A stretch of 64,000 bases of DNA from Vicugna vicugna (Eukaryota), in contig MU058781.1 in NCBI GenBank assembly GCA_013265495.1, positions 11,825,009 to 11,889,008 of the forward strand, in the 5' to 3' direction. Position 1 is the first letter of the stretch. Every line of letters starts with the position of its first letter. A program made the position numbers and the translations under genes. A model generated the notes under the pieces. The model was not told where the DNA came from and did no database searches. It worked only from the letters and a program-made list of their open reading frames with translations. This document shows, piece after piece, positions 35,246 through 48,438 of this stretch.

Positions 35246-35394
35246 AATATTTTTATTTTTATTTAATCAGTCTTTTTTTTTTGGTGTTGGGGGTTAGGTA
35301 TTTATTTATTGATTTTAATGTAGGTACTGGGGACTGAACCTAGGACCTCATGCATTCTAAGCATGTGCTCTACCACTGAGGTATACCCTCCCCC
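35246..35394 (-). mobile_element. tRNA-Ala-derived SINE (Vic-1-like), 5' part of composite insertion
   Basis: taggtactggggactgaacctaggacctcatgcattctaagcatgtgctctaccactgaggtataccctccccc. Confidence 0.88.
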
Positions 35395-37224
35395 TCATTC
35401 CTTTTTAATGGCTGAATAATGTTCCATTGTATGAATGTTCTACTTTTTATTTATCCATTTTTCTGTTGCTGGATGCTTGGGTTGTTTCTACCTTTTGGCT
35501 GTTGTAAATAATGCTGTGAACGTTTTTGTACTAGTCCCTGCTTTCAGTTCTTTTGGGTATATACCTAGGAGTGAAATGACTTCTAGGGTCATACGGTAAT
35601 TTTACGTTGACCTTTTTGAGGAACTACCACTGTTTTCTGTAGTACCCTGGCCATTTAAAAAGTGCTTATGAGAAATGTCCTCAAATATTTATCAACCACT
35701 TGGAACTTTAAATTAGAAAAGTGAACCAAGTGTATTTGTTAGCACTTTGATTATGTACCTATATCATGGAATTTATTCATCTTCCTTGAATTTCATTTGT
35801 TTGCATACCTGTCTGTTTTCCACTTCATTGGAAGTTCCTTGACCTGATCTGCATTTTTCCATCCATGGCCACCTTTTTTTGCACTTTATTTCAGCAATAA
35901 TTGTTTACTAATACATTGATTAGATGTGCCACATACCCTAAAACACAATTTTTTAAAAAGAGATTAGCTTATAAATAACACATTGGAATTATTTCCGAGT
36001 TTTGTTTTGCCATAGTTAAGATCTGATATTTAGGTTCTCTTGGTTGTACAATGGTGATTATCCCTGCTGTTAAAAATAAATGCTAAAGAAGAAGGTAGTA
36101 AAACAGAAAAGTATTTAGATCTTGGAGAACAGCTTCCACTGGGAGTCAAAATAGTGTGGGAAGAGAATATTATTGGGGGTAGTTCTAGGTCATATTAGTT
36201 CTGATTTTTAGACTGCCTTTCCTTTGGTCGTTCTGTAGGCATTTAACTGAATCTCAAAGCATTTTTAAAGAGATGGGGGATGGGTGAAAGATGGGTTCTT
36301 GTAGTTGTTGGTTTTATTTTTAATAGACAATCAGAATTTTCACCTCTTGGGTCAGGAAGTTATCCACTTATTTATAGCAAGCTTGTGTTGTTACGGCAGG
36401 TGCCTGTGGATGCAGGCACTCAGACACTGATAAGACCCTCAGTGACCTAGCTATCCAGTTATGCTGTGGCTAAAAAAAAATGGCTGCATGTGGATTACAC
36501 TATGTTTTCAACACGGATGTAAACATTTTATTTTTATTGACAAAAGGAGCAGTAGCACAAAAGTACTGCTTTTGTGACTTTAGTTTCCCTGAGCCTTTAT
36601 TTCTGGTCTCCTGGTGGTTAGCTGCTGACCACAGCTGAGCCCAAACTATAATTTCACAGGAATTAAGCTTAACGTCGGCAGTTGGAGGTTGTAGTCCTAC
36701 TACTGTGGAGTAGATGTGACTTTGACCAGTGCAATTTTCAAACTCCTTTCTCACTGTGGCTAAGAAAGCCTTTATTAGCAGGATTTCATGTGAGGTTCTA
36801 GGGGCCAGACTGTTGTCCTGTGGGGAAATTTTTTCTTTTTGAAACAGTAGAACCGTAAAAAATAAGGTTTTCCTGTCTTTCAAAACCCCTTCAGTTGGTA
36901 ATCAGCAAGGATATTGGAATCTGGATTGTCTTGTAAGTGAAGGTGGAGGATCATTTAATATATAAACAAAACCCGTTTCCTTGTTCGAGTGGTTAACCTC
37001 AGGCCAACCCGAGGTGGAAGCATCTACCTGGGAGAAGGCCCATCTGGGCCTCGTCACGGAGCCAGCTATCAATTCCACAAATACTCATGGAGTCCCTGAC
37101 ATGCATCTGGCCTTGTGCTGGAGGCTGGAGATTAAGGGTTCAGGAGACATTCTCCCCTGCCTCCTGTAATTGAGACTGCTTCCCGGCACCCTCCCCCGCC
37201 CCCACCCACCCTGTCATCTCTTAT

Positions 37225-37740
37225 TTTTAAGCTGCTTTATTAAAAATATAATTCATATACCATGCAATGCACCCATTTAAAATCTACAGCTCAGTGGTTA
37301 TTAGCATATTGACAATTGTGCATCCATCACCACAATCAACCTTAGGATCTTTTTATTCCCACAAAAGAAACCCCATTCCTTTTAGCACTCACCTCCGTCT
37401 TCCCATCCCCTTCAGCCCCTGGCAACCACTAATCTACTTTCTGTCTCTAGGGATCGACCTATTCTGGATATTTCATGTAAAAGGAATTATATGGGACTTT
37501 CATGTCTGGCTTATTTCATTTAACATAATGTTTTGCAGGTTCATTCCTGCTGTAGCATCAGCACTTCGCTCCTTTTCATGACTGAGTGCTATTCCATTGT
37601 GTGGATATGCCACATTTTCTTTATCCATTCATCCATGATGGATATTTAGGTTGTTTCTACTTTTTGGCCATTGTGGGTAATGCTGCTATGAACATGTGTG
37701 TACAAGATTTTGCATGGGCTTATGTGTTCATTTCTCTTAG
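37225..37740 (-). mobile_element. L1MB-like 3' end
   Basis: gctttatt...cacccatttaaa...cagcccctggcaaccactaatctactttctgtctct...aatgctgctatgaacat. Confidence 0.87.
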
Positions 37741-37909
37741 ATTCCCTAAATCTCCTTCCCATCCCATAGATCCTGGCCATTACATCAAAGAATAATGTAG
37801 AAGGGTCAGATATTATGGGAGCATAAAGTAGGGACATGTAGCCCTGAGGGAGGGAATGCTTCCCCTGAGGACACAAGAGCCAAGCTGAGGCTTTGAAAGA
37901 ATAGATAAA

Positions 37910-38151
37910 AGTGTTTTTCAAACTGTAGGTCACAACCTATTAGTCAGTTGGGAAATTAGTTTAGTGAATCATGGTGAGTGTTTTCAAGAGCTGGACTAAA
38001 TAGAGTTGTAGATATCAGACAGCGTCCCTTGTGGTTCGGGTAAGTATTGTGTAAAATTTGTTTTTGTCAGGTACACCTGAGCATAGAATGAATTATAGTG
38101 TAAAGTGTATTCCATATTCTAGGTTATAGTCAGAAAAATGTAAAAGCCACT
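37910..38151. mobile_element. hAT-Charlie-type MITE
   Basis: agtgtttttcaaactgtaggtcacaacctattagt ... aaaagccactg, terminal-repeat-like ends. Confidence 0.55.
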
Positions 38152-38463
38152 GCTTTAGGGGCTTTTGAAAAGGAGATCAATTGTTTATCTGGAGATTTCA
38201 ATATGGTCCTACTTGAGGATGGAGAGACACAGAGCTGGAAAAGAGGATAACCTAGAAATCTGAAGATCCTTTGAAAGCTTAAAGTTCTGTGATCTTTATG
38301 CTTTTGGAATTATCTGTTTATTCAACAAATATTAAAATATCTGCCATGCATCTGGACTTGCTAGGTTTTGGGGGCATACCATAAGTCTGGTTTGTGTGGT
38401 TCCTGTTCTATTGAATTTTAGAATCCGGCAGGGGAGACATACAAGTGAAAAAGCAATCACAGT

Positions 38464-38800
38464 GACTTCTGGTAAAACATGGTGGATCGATCACATGGAT
38501 GTCTCTAGTCCCTCCAAAACACCTCCAAAATGAGAATGCAAAGGAATAGAAAAATATAGAGGCCCCACAAAGATGAGGGAATGGGAGAAGAGACCGTAGC
38601 GGGTAAGAGCCATCACCAGATGTTTTGGAAGGAGGGGATCACTGAGTTAGTAGAGCAGAGGTAGCTAGACTCCAAGGTCTCAAAGCGGGATGCCAGTGAG
38701 AAGTGAGCCAGTTAGCCCCATAGAACCCCTTAAAGGTCCAGGAGTTGGAAGCCCCAGGCTCAGCACCAGTGGCTTAGGATATGGAGCAGAAAAGAAGGTG
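38464..38800 (+). mobile_element. Ancient L1/HAL1-type 5' end fragment
   Basis: gacttctggtaaaacatggtgga...ccccacaaagatgagggaatgggaga resembles old L1M 5' ends. Confidence 0.45.
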
Positions 38801-41800
38801 GAGGGAGGTCTGTAAAAGCTTTTAAGCCTCAGCCCCCACCCCCACCCATCGGATTCAGGTGACAGTACCTCCTGTCATCTTCAAGGGGTTGCCAAGGTTT
38901 TAGAGTTAGTAATTAGCTGTCAATCATTAGCCATCCCCCCGCCCCCCCACACTTGAGATAAGACACACATCCATCAGAAACAATGACATGCTTGTGCAAT
39001 GCTTCGCAAATGACATTAGGAGGAGGAAAAGGGGAAAGAGGCCAAACCCCTGTGGATTTGTCATAAGCTCAGAGGGGTAGGGGAGATGTAGTTTGAAAAG
39101 TCACTCCAAGGGCATTCTGAAGACACTACCCTCCCTCCCATCCTTGTTTCCCAGTCACTGATTTTCTTCCAGGAGGTGTTAACCACCTATCAGACTGCTG
39201 GTGCATTATTTTCCCCTTGATCAGTACGACCAGTTTGAACATCCATGGTGTGTACTGGGTGCCTAGCCATGTCCTATGGGAGGCAGTCACAATAACAGGA
39301 ACAACAAGATTATCCTGTGCCCCATAAAACTTAAAACCTTGTTATTAGTGATTAAATAAATTCTAAGTTACATGCTTTCAAAATAAGACAATTTGTCAAG
39401 GTGAAGGGAAACACCTTTCTCTGCCCTCATCCTGTCCACACCTCCTCCTACCCCCTTTCATTTTGGATGAGCCCAAAGAAATTTCAAAGCACTGAAGATT
39501 TATACTACTCCTTATAGCAGCCTCAGCAAAGGCTGGGCTTCCGGTTTATAATAAACCTATTGAAATTTTGTTTGACTGCTTTAGTATGGGAGTATATCTC
39601 CCTCAAGACAGGAGACCATCAATGGTTAAGATACCAAGGATGATTTCCAAATTTTAGGCGTCTTCCTCTCATTCCACCAATTTTCTTTTTCCTCCTGGGA
39701 AAATAGCCAGGGTGATTGCAAAACATAAGCTTTTAAGAAGACAAAACTTCATGAATAGAAGAACGTAAATTGAGGCCCACACCCATAATAAATGTGGAAC
39801 TGTAATTTTAATTCCTAACACATTTTTTCCCCCCTCAAATGGGTGGTAAGTCTTTTAAATTGAGGATACATACTTGCTGAGGAAATATTCTGATGTGGAA
39901 ACTTGCTTTTGAAAGTTGATTTTTTTTGTGGGGGGGATGTGGTCATTCAGTCTTATGACTGAGATAGCTTTTGAAATTACCACCCCCCCCTTTTCAAATT
40001 ACTTTTGTCTTCTCTTCCCGAAGAAATTCCTGAAGACAGTTGTTTGAAATGTTGCCAGGTTGTAAGATTTGCATTATTTAAGGAAACAGCTGGCAGATCT
40101 GTGTAATGTCCCACCTCTGTGCCAGTGCCTGAAATTTCCTTCTCATGACTCAGTTAAAAAAAAAAAAAAAAAAAGCCAGGGGAGGAGAAGAAACTTGTTT
40201 CCCTTTTGGAGTTGCCAAGGGCTCTTATGAAGGTTTTCATTTAATCGCGCTTGTTTCCTTTGGTGGATCACAGTTAGGGACTCAGAGAAACCCTCCTCCC
40301 AAATTCAGCCTGCAGGAGCTCTGCAAAAGACTGTGTGTGAGCTGGGCTTGCCTCTCACATTTTTAGTTTGAAAATAATTTTTCTTTCTCTGCTTAGTAAA
40401 CGTAGTTATCTTCCGAAGTGTGGGAATGATTAATAGAAGAGGAAACACACTGCCCTTAGATTTACCAAATGAGTGACCTGAATATTTGCCCAGAGGGAGA
40501 GAGGGGGCCTTCTCTCCTCCCGCCCTTCCTGTGCCAGCACCCACAGCCTGCCCTGGGGATGGCCTTCCTCTGGGGACAGGACTTGCTGGCCCCCTGCCTG
40601 GCTTGCCCACAGACCCGGCTCGCTTGCCTGGACTGGGTTGTCTCCCTGGGGCTTTTCTTTCCCTGATCAAGTCACTTTTCCCTAATCCTTTCATATTTTA
40701 AGTGGCAGTGTACCCTTCGGTCTATAAGGCTGCAGTATGGTGGACAGAAAGCTGTAGGGGTGAGGGTGCTTGGTCTGAGACCCAGCTGGATAGACGATGC
40801 TGAGAATCAGGGGAAGGCTGAGAGGGCGAGTGGGACAGCTTGGGGATGGAGGGCAGGGCCCCTTGCCCAGGGTTCCCAGCTAGCTAGTGAGCAGTCAGCA
40901 GAGAGTGGAGGACAAAGACCTGCTTGTGTGCACTTACAGTGCCGGCATTTCTAAGGTCTTTAGATCTTTACCCAGGGAAAGCAGGTTTTTTTTTTTTTTT
41001 TAAAAAGGTTATTTGAGAGATACTAGAAGTAGTATATATTTTTTTAAAAAAAGTGGGTGCCTTGAATTTTCAAATAAATGTGTTTTCAGGCTCACTTATC
41101 TGGAGGTTGGCCAGTTCCTTCCCTGACTTCTTGCCTTTCAACGATTTCTTTCACTCCTTGGAATGGGCATGAGAAACCAAAGGGTGTGAAACAGGGAATG
41201 ATTTGGCTAAAGTCAGCCCCAGCGAAACTTGGAGGAGAAAAGATAAGGAAAACTCTTGAGTCCAATGAGATTTTTAAATGATGTGTTCAGTTATTCTCTG
41301 CTTTCTTTTCAGTTCCTTTTTTTTTTTTCTAATTGTAGGGGTTCAGACACGTAAACGTAGGGAAAAATATTCTAGGTAAAAGGAATAAAGAATCCTAGAG
41401 GAAGTCTAAACTGTTTGGGAAGTCTTTTTCTGACCACTGTTAAAGCCAGCTTATTTTTCTTTTCTTGAGTGTATAAATGTAATCACAATTGTAGTTAAAC
41501 TAATTTTTGCTACCCCTCTCTGTCAATATCTGTGTATATCCATGTTGTTTCCTGATATACCCAACTGTTAATGGAAACGTCTCCATCTTCCTTTCAGATA
41601 TTTACCAACAATCAGGTGTATTTCCTGGCTTTATTGTGAGAACTGGCTATGATACAGACAGATGTACTATATATAAATGGCCCAAAATAACTTTTAGTTT
41701 TATGATGGTTAGATTTTGCCTACATGTTTAAGATTTGCTGTCTTAGAAGGGGCTGAAAATATCACTGACTCATAGAATGATATAGAGGGGGTGGTACTTC

Positions 41801-41849
41801 AGAGGTAGTGTATGCCACTGCTTTGTTGAATGGAGGAAAAAAAATAAAG

Positions 41850-42060
41850 CTCTAATTTATTAAAGGCTTCCTATATGCCCATACTATATGCAATAATCAA
41901 TTTCAACCTCTTAGGAACTGTGTGAGGTGGGTCCTTTTTTTAATCTCCGTTTTACAGATGAGGAAACTGAAGCCAGAAACTTGAGATGGCCTCCCAAGTT
42001 TGCAGAAGGAGGGGAGGAAACTGGACCAGGTGGTATGTCTCAGATTATAAGGACAGTGGT
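41850..42060 (-). mobile_element. MIR SINE
   Basis: ctgtgtgaggtggg...ccgttttacagatgaggaaactga. Confidence 0.8.
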
Positions 42061-42634
42061 CAGTTCTCCTGCATGAAGGAAAATTTCCTAGTCTCTGCTG
42101 TCTGATCTGAGGAATCCTGTGATGCAGCGGGGTTTTCTCCTGCACACCAGTTTTTGGCTTTGATCCTTCTCATGTTATTCATGGCTCACTGAAAATGACA
42201 TGCACTCCTCCGTTATAAACACCCCCCTTGTGGAAACAGCAGGTTGTCCACTGCTGTCCCCTCCACTGTCTACCCTAAGGGCTCCCCAAATACCTACTCT
42301 GTAATGGAGGGTGCCAGACTAGGGCACTGTCTCTCCCACAGCCTCCCTGGTATATACCACTTCCTTCCTCTTCTCTCCAGCTTCCTTTTTTGTGTGTGTG
42401 TATTTCCCTCAAGGCACATGAGTTAATTCCATTTCAGGAAATCTCTTACTCTATGACAAAATGCATTCTTAGTGTCACATCTTTGATGTGCATATGAAGA
42501 TACCCCTTCCCATAAATTGGGGATTGCTAGGGTCCGATTCATCAGTATTCTGAGCTTCATTTTCCTTTCCAGGTGCTCACTCAGAATGAGATACAATAGA
42601 ATTAGGAGAAAAGAAAAAGAAACAGACACTTTAG

Positions 42635-42797
42635 CCCCTTGCTGCTCAAACTGTGGTCCATGACCAGAGTCCTTGGCATCACCTGGGACCTTGTTAGAAC
42701 TGCAGAATCCCAGCCCCTCCTGGACCTACAGAACTGGAGCCTGCAGTCTAACAAGATCCACAGGTGATTATATGCACAGAATGTTTAAGAAGCACAG
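42635..42797. mobile_element. MER5-family MITE
   Basis: ctcaaactgtggtcc...ggcatcacctgggaccttgttagaa...taacaagatcc...gtttaagaagcac. Confidence 0.82.
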
Positions 42798-43738
42798 TGA
42801 GTCTGGTCTGCCTTTTTTTCCTTTTTTTCTCTTTGTGAGGCTAAATGTTAAGACGTGGTCACAGCTGAAAGCCTTCCATGTCATTCTTAGTGATGCTGGT
42901 GCCCATGAGGTTTGTGGGTGACATGAAATTGAGAAACGTTTCTTGACCTAAGCTGCGAAGTGCTTCTAACAACCAGGAAGATAGACCTGAAAGTAGCCAA
43001 AATTGATTAGTGATTACTCTAAACCAGGTTAAAATCCTGCAGGGAGTACTGGTTGCCCAGCGGAGCACTGGGTGTAGTCAGTGGAGAGCCCTGACACAGC
43101 TCGGACTGTTTGCCTCTATCCTTGCAGTTCTCTGGCTTGGTGGACAGCCTGTGCCCCAGGGACTGACTGTATCTCAGTGCTGAGTTGTCTTAATGATTCT
43201 GCGTGGTTCATATTCCAAAGGGCTTGGTAATAAATCCTAATCACGGCTCTATCCTTGAATCATGGTGGGTTACTCAAAAGCAGTGTACCTAGGGGTGTGT
43301 TCCTCCGGTCTGAGAGCGGTTTTTCTAGAGGCAAGATTGATCAGTAAGCCCCTTAGTTTTTAATCAGAAAGTTGAGCAGAGTGGAAAGGCTTGAGGACTG
43401 TGTCTACAATTTACTAACTAAAAAACTCATTGATGCCACTGACCATTTTACTTCTTCTCTGATGCATATTTTCAGGATTGTCCTTGGGACAAGTTTTGCT
43501 CAAAGTTGAATTAGGAAGTTTTGTTTTTGTTTTGTTTTGTTTTGTTTTTCTAGCTGCTCCCTTCCTTTTATTACCAAATGAAAGCCATAACTCATTATGT
43601 TCACATTCTGCTTCCTGGAAGCCCCTAGACTTTGCTCACTCTGTACTAGAAGCTTCTCTTTCCTTACAGGGCTTCTAAATCTCATCCATCTTTTCCTCCT
43701 TGTCTTCTGATTCTTATTTTAAACTAAAGTTTGTTTTT

Positions 43739-43954
43739 ATTTTTTACTTATTAAAAATGTTTTAAAATTGAAGTATAGTCAGTCACAACGTGTCAATTTC
43801 TGGTGTACAGCATAATGTCCCAGTCATGCATATATGTACATATGTTCATTTTAATATTTTTTCATTATAGATTATTACAAGATATTGAATATACTTCTCT
43901 GCTATATAGAAATTTGTTTTTTAATCTATTTTTATATATAATGGTTAACATTTA
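43739..43954 (-). mobile_element. Short 5'-truncated L1 3' end
   Basis: aaattgaagtatagtcagtcacaac... TSD aaagtttgttttt (43726-43738, 43955-43967). Confidence 0.88.
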
Positions 43955-45805
43955 AAAGTTTGTTTTTTAGAGTCTGCATTTTAAGTCATCTCAAATTCCT
44001 TTTCAAAGTAGTGAGGGAATAAATATTAGTGTAACAAAAAAGAAAGGAAGAAGGGAAGAAAGAAGGAAGCCAGGAAGCACATTAGGTTTGTTTGTACCTT
44101 ATTAGCTCTACTTTGCTTGAGCAGCTTCTGTAAGCAGGACTCTGGACTTGGTAGCTGGCAGACCAAGCAGTCTAATTTTGTTCTGTCTGAACCGAGGAGC
44201 TGTGGAGGTTTGGGACAGGAGAAAAGAGGTCTGCCTGGGGAGATTGCTCTGGCAGCTGTGTGCACAGTGGGTTGGAAGGGGAGCAGGAGGGGCACCGGTT
44301 TGACAGCTGCCTGGGTGGTCTCAGACTGGAGCATCTGCTGTGAGATTGGAAAGGTGGGAATGCGGAGGTCTGAAACGACCTTCTCGAGACATAACCGACC
44401 CATCTGGGTCCCCGGTTAGGGGCAGAGAGTAAGGCAAAGGCAAAGGCCTGATTGTCAGGCCTTGAGGTGGCTGTGAGAAAAATCTTCAGATTTTGGTGTT
44501 CTTTTCTCCTGTTTGAGAAGCCTGATAAGCTAAGCTTTGGGCCAGCAGAGTTTGCTTTTTTTTTTTAAATCCTTCCTGAGCTATTTGTCATAAATCCTAT
44601 TGTGAGGAGTGAGAAGTGAGGGCAGAAGACCCCTCACCGTTGCTGGTTCCCGTTCTTCTGCCTGGAGCCTCAAGCCCTCCAGCACAAGAGGGTGGGTAGA
44701 CTGAACCTTCTTCCTAAGCAATACTTATCCTTTGGGAGCCCCCATGGTCTAAAACAACCCCTTGACCCATAGTTACATCGTGGGGATGAAGCAAAAGGCA
44801 GAGTTGACGAGGCTGCCACCCAGGATGTTCTTGCTGGGAGCGGGGTTCCTTCTGCCCCTGAGAAGCACCGGCGAGTTCAGTTAAGTGGGCGGAGTCCTGA
44901 AGTGCCCGGATGTCAACCTGGGCTTAATGGTCTAGAAAACCCACTTCTGTCTCCTGATGGCTGTTGCTCACCCGGGTTTGTGAGGTGCCCAACAGGGACA
45001 CAGGTGCCACCAGGGAAGGTTGGAATGCTTTTTGTTTTGACCTGAAGTGGGATCTGGGCACACACATACTTAGGAAAACCTTGCTCAGTGAATACCAAAA
45101 TTTGAAAATTGTGTTTATCTGAGCCTGGGCCCGTTGACTTCCATTAGCTCTTCCTTCATGAATTAGGCCACTTAATGTAGACACAGGAAGGTAAATCAAT
45201 GGGAAGGAGTTGCTGCCTTTGAAACAGCTAAGAACATAGACTCCTTCTAAAGTGTCCTGCTCTGGCCCTGCCGAAGCCTTAGCTTACGTGTTGGGTAAAC
45301 TAATTAGACTAATTGTGAATCATTCTGCTTTATTCATCAGAGGAAGCCTCTGCTTTGCAGCCCTTGCTGGGCTTCACTTGGCTGACTTTTTGATCTGATT
45401 TCTGTGAATGTTTGAGAGGAATAAAATAACTTCTTATAATTCTTTAAAAAAATGAGTGTAACAATTTAGATAAGGTTTTGTCTAGTAGCATGCGTACTTA
45501 AATATGTGCTATTTGACACCGGAAGTTCTACTAATTTCAAACAGCTAGATTTCCTTAAAAGTCAGGGAGTGCATCAATCTGATAGCAGCTGATTAAGAGA
45601 GGATAGCAGTCCTTTCAGTAGAGGGGATGCACTCGGAGAGCTTAGCCTGTGTCTTTCAGACTAATTTTCCTAACCCTGGGTCTGTTAATCTGCTGGAATA
45701 TCCACGGAAACTTAATCTGAATTCATTTTTCTGGGACCCATAGTTTATTAGATTTTCAAAGGAAGGGATGGCCCCCTAAAAGGTGGGAATCTCTGCAAAA
45801 TGTTT

Positions 45806-46094
45806 TCTTTTTAAAATTTTTTAATTGAAGTATAGTTGATTTACAATGTTATGTTAGTTTCTGGTGTATAGCATGGTGATTCAGTCATTCATATATATAT
45901 ATACACTTTTTCATTATAGGTTATTCTTTTTTATTATAGATTATATTATAACCTATTTCATTATAGGTTATTAGGTTATTATAATATATATATGAATATA
46001 GTTCCCTGTGCTATACAGTAGGACCTTGTTATTTATCTATTTTATATATAGTAGTTTGTATCTACTAATCCCAAACTCTTAATTTATCCCTCCT
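45806..46094 (-). mobile_element. Short 5'-truncated L1 3' end
   Basis: aattgaagtatagttgatttacaatgtt...aatttatccctcc. TSD aaaatgttt. Confidence 0.88.
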
Positions 46095-46729
46095 AAAAAT
46101 GTTTGAGTGGGATAATATTGCTGCTGATTTGGGGAATACTGAATTTCTACATATATCCACCTCTTAAAAAATAATTACGGCTCCCTGAGAGAGAGTAGGT
46201 TGGTTAATTGCTTTTTACCTTGCATGTCTATCAGCAAACCCACCTGCACGTGTTATGTTCAGACACTAGTCAGAGAAGATGAATTGTTGAGCCTTAGTCA
46301 ATGAACACGGGCAATTTTGCTTCAAAGACTCGAAGCATACCCAGAATACGGTGTTATTTCTACTACACTTACAATGTTGTTACTAAAGAGAAATCTGATT
46401 AGGTAAAATGGGAACGTTGTCCCCCTTCCTCTCCCTCCTGCCTACCCCTGCCCATGATTACAGGCAAGTTTTAGAGGAGTGGGCACCACTGTGTTTCTAG
46501 GTCGTTAGAGGAAGCAGTACCTCGTTAATCTGCCGCATCTACATGAGCAAAGATATTTCCCTAAACTTACAGGGGAGGGTGTCTTTTTGTTTGTTTTTGG
46601 ATTTCTATTTCCCAGGTCTATTCATTGTGGCTGAATAATAACACAGTGGACACTTCAAAGGATAAGGAAGATAACTGTCACCAAAGTGTCATGGTTTACC
46701 TTTGTTCGGATTAAATAGAAAACAGTATT

Positions 46730-46870
46730 AATAGCTAACAGACATTGCATGCTTACCATTGGCCAGGAGCTGTTTCTAAGTCTTTTAGATATCATAACTC
46801 ATTTTATTCCCCCAACAAATGGCATCCTTCGAATAGGCTTTGTTCAGAAATAAAGAGGAAACAGAGCGTG
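46730..46870 (-). mobile_element. MIR fragment
   Basis: taatagctaaca...gcttacc...gccagg...gaggaaacagag. Confidence 0.6.
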
Positions 46871-48236
46871 GAGTCAAGAGTCTCTCCCTGCAGGCTGGTC
46901 AGATGTTTGAGATAACATTCCTCCCTGGAAGGGACGTGGCATTCTTGGTGGAAGCCGTAGAGATTTAGCTGATGGCTGCCTCTCAGCTTCTCTGGAGTGC
47001 CGGTGGCGGGGGTGTGTGTGTTCTGCCTCTTTCTAGGACTCTCAGGAATGGGAGGAACCCTAAAGATCATCTAGACTGTTCTGGACCATGCATGTCTGCC
47101 TGCCCCACCCCCAATATGTACATTCAAGATTCTGCACACACTGGTTGCCTGGCCTCTGCCTGTCTTTTCTGGAAATGTCCAGAATTGGAATTACTCCTTG
47201 AGGGGAAGATTTACAGCATCTAGTTGCATGGAATATAGTCTTTGGTCAATAAAAAATGTGATCACTTACTATTTTTCTACTTTAATTGAGCGCCCACCTA
47301 CTGGGTTTCGGGAGCTTAGGAGATTCTGTAGCAAACCAAGAATAAAGGCCTTCATGCTTGATTTGTTCCAGACTCATGGAGGGACAGGTAATGTAGGAGC
47401 TCTGGTGGTGAGATAAGAGATCTGGGAGACGCCACACAGAATGTTCGAGACCCTTAAAGAGGGTCTGATTCAGCCTTGGTGAAACCGGGAAGGTTCAGGG
47501 GAACGTGGCATGGAATGAGTAAGTTAATGGTAAATGCATCTTGTGATTGTAAACCTCGGGGCTGTCACGGCCTGTAGTACTGTACGCAAATAGGAAAGGT
47601 TAAAGTAATTTTCTAAATAAAAGAACAAGAATGCCTTCCCCAACTGGAGGAAACTAAATTAGCAGAACACAGCGTTGGTATGTGACATGTTATATTACAC
47701 ATGACTCCGGAAAAGAAAACTTTAGTATTTGATGCTCTTTTGAGCCTTTTGTTTCTTTCAGTTAATTTCAAAGAAGTCCAGTGCTATGATACAAAGGAAT
47801 AAACAGGGTGATTGTTAAAGTGCCCTGGATTAAACACACACACATACACACCATTTAGGCAACATAAATGCGTGTGCGTGTCGGTGAATGCTGTACAGAA
47901 TTTTCAGCATTCTCTCCTGCTGTGGGGATTGTATGTCATTATGTGTTTGGAGTATTTACTGTCTATAGATAATTTCTGTAAGTGTCAGAATGTGTCCCAG
48001 AGCAGCAAGGACACTTATGAGGAAGAATGCAGGAAGTAGATGAAAAATATCTTTCAAGTTTGGACGATGAGGTTATTAGATACGACTCATGAGAAATGTG
48101 TCTCATGCCTTCCATGGGCACGGAGAAGCCACCGGAGCACTGGGGCTTTCCTCGTGCTGTCGTCTGTGTTTACTTGCAATGCCAACCTCAGACCGGCGCT
48201 GTATTGATGAACGTTTCTTCTCTAGGAAGATAACTA

Positions 48237-48438
48237 CAGTTGAGCCTTGAACAACACAGGTTTAAGCTGCATAGATCCACTTATATGGGATTTGTTCTGA
48301 TAGTACTGTGGTGCCACACTTTGGGGCTTGTGGAACCTGAAGATGTGGAGGAATTGCAGCTGCGTATGTAGGGGCCAACTCGCAGTTACGTGCAGATTTT
48401 CAACTGCCCCTAATGTCCACGTTGTTCAGGGTTCACTC
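48237..48438. mobile_element. MER8/Tigger2-like TcMar MITE
   Basis: TA|cagttgagccttgaacaacacaggttt ... cgttgttcagggttcact inverted termini. Confidence 0.8.

Larger units (their letters stand above)
34575..35640 (-). mobile_element. L1MB-like 3' region (host), split by a younger insertion at 34942-35395
   Basis: taccattttaaccattttaagtgtgcaattcagtggcat...; resumes as cattcctttttaatggctgaataat...gggtatatacctaggagtg. Confidence 0.87.

Noticed and set aside
40146..40152. AP-1 sites (TGACTCA) here and at several other positions
   Set aside because: A handful of 7-mers is expected by chance in 64 kb; no supporting context.
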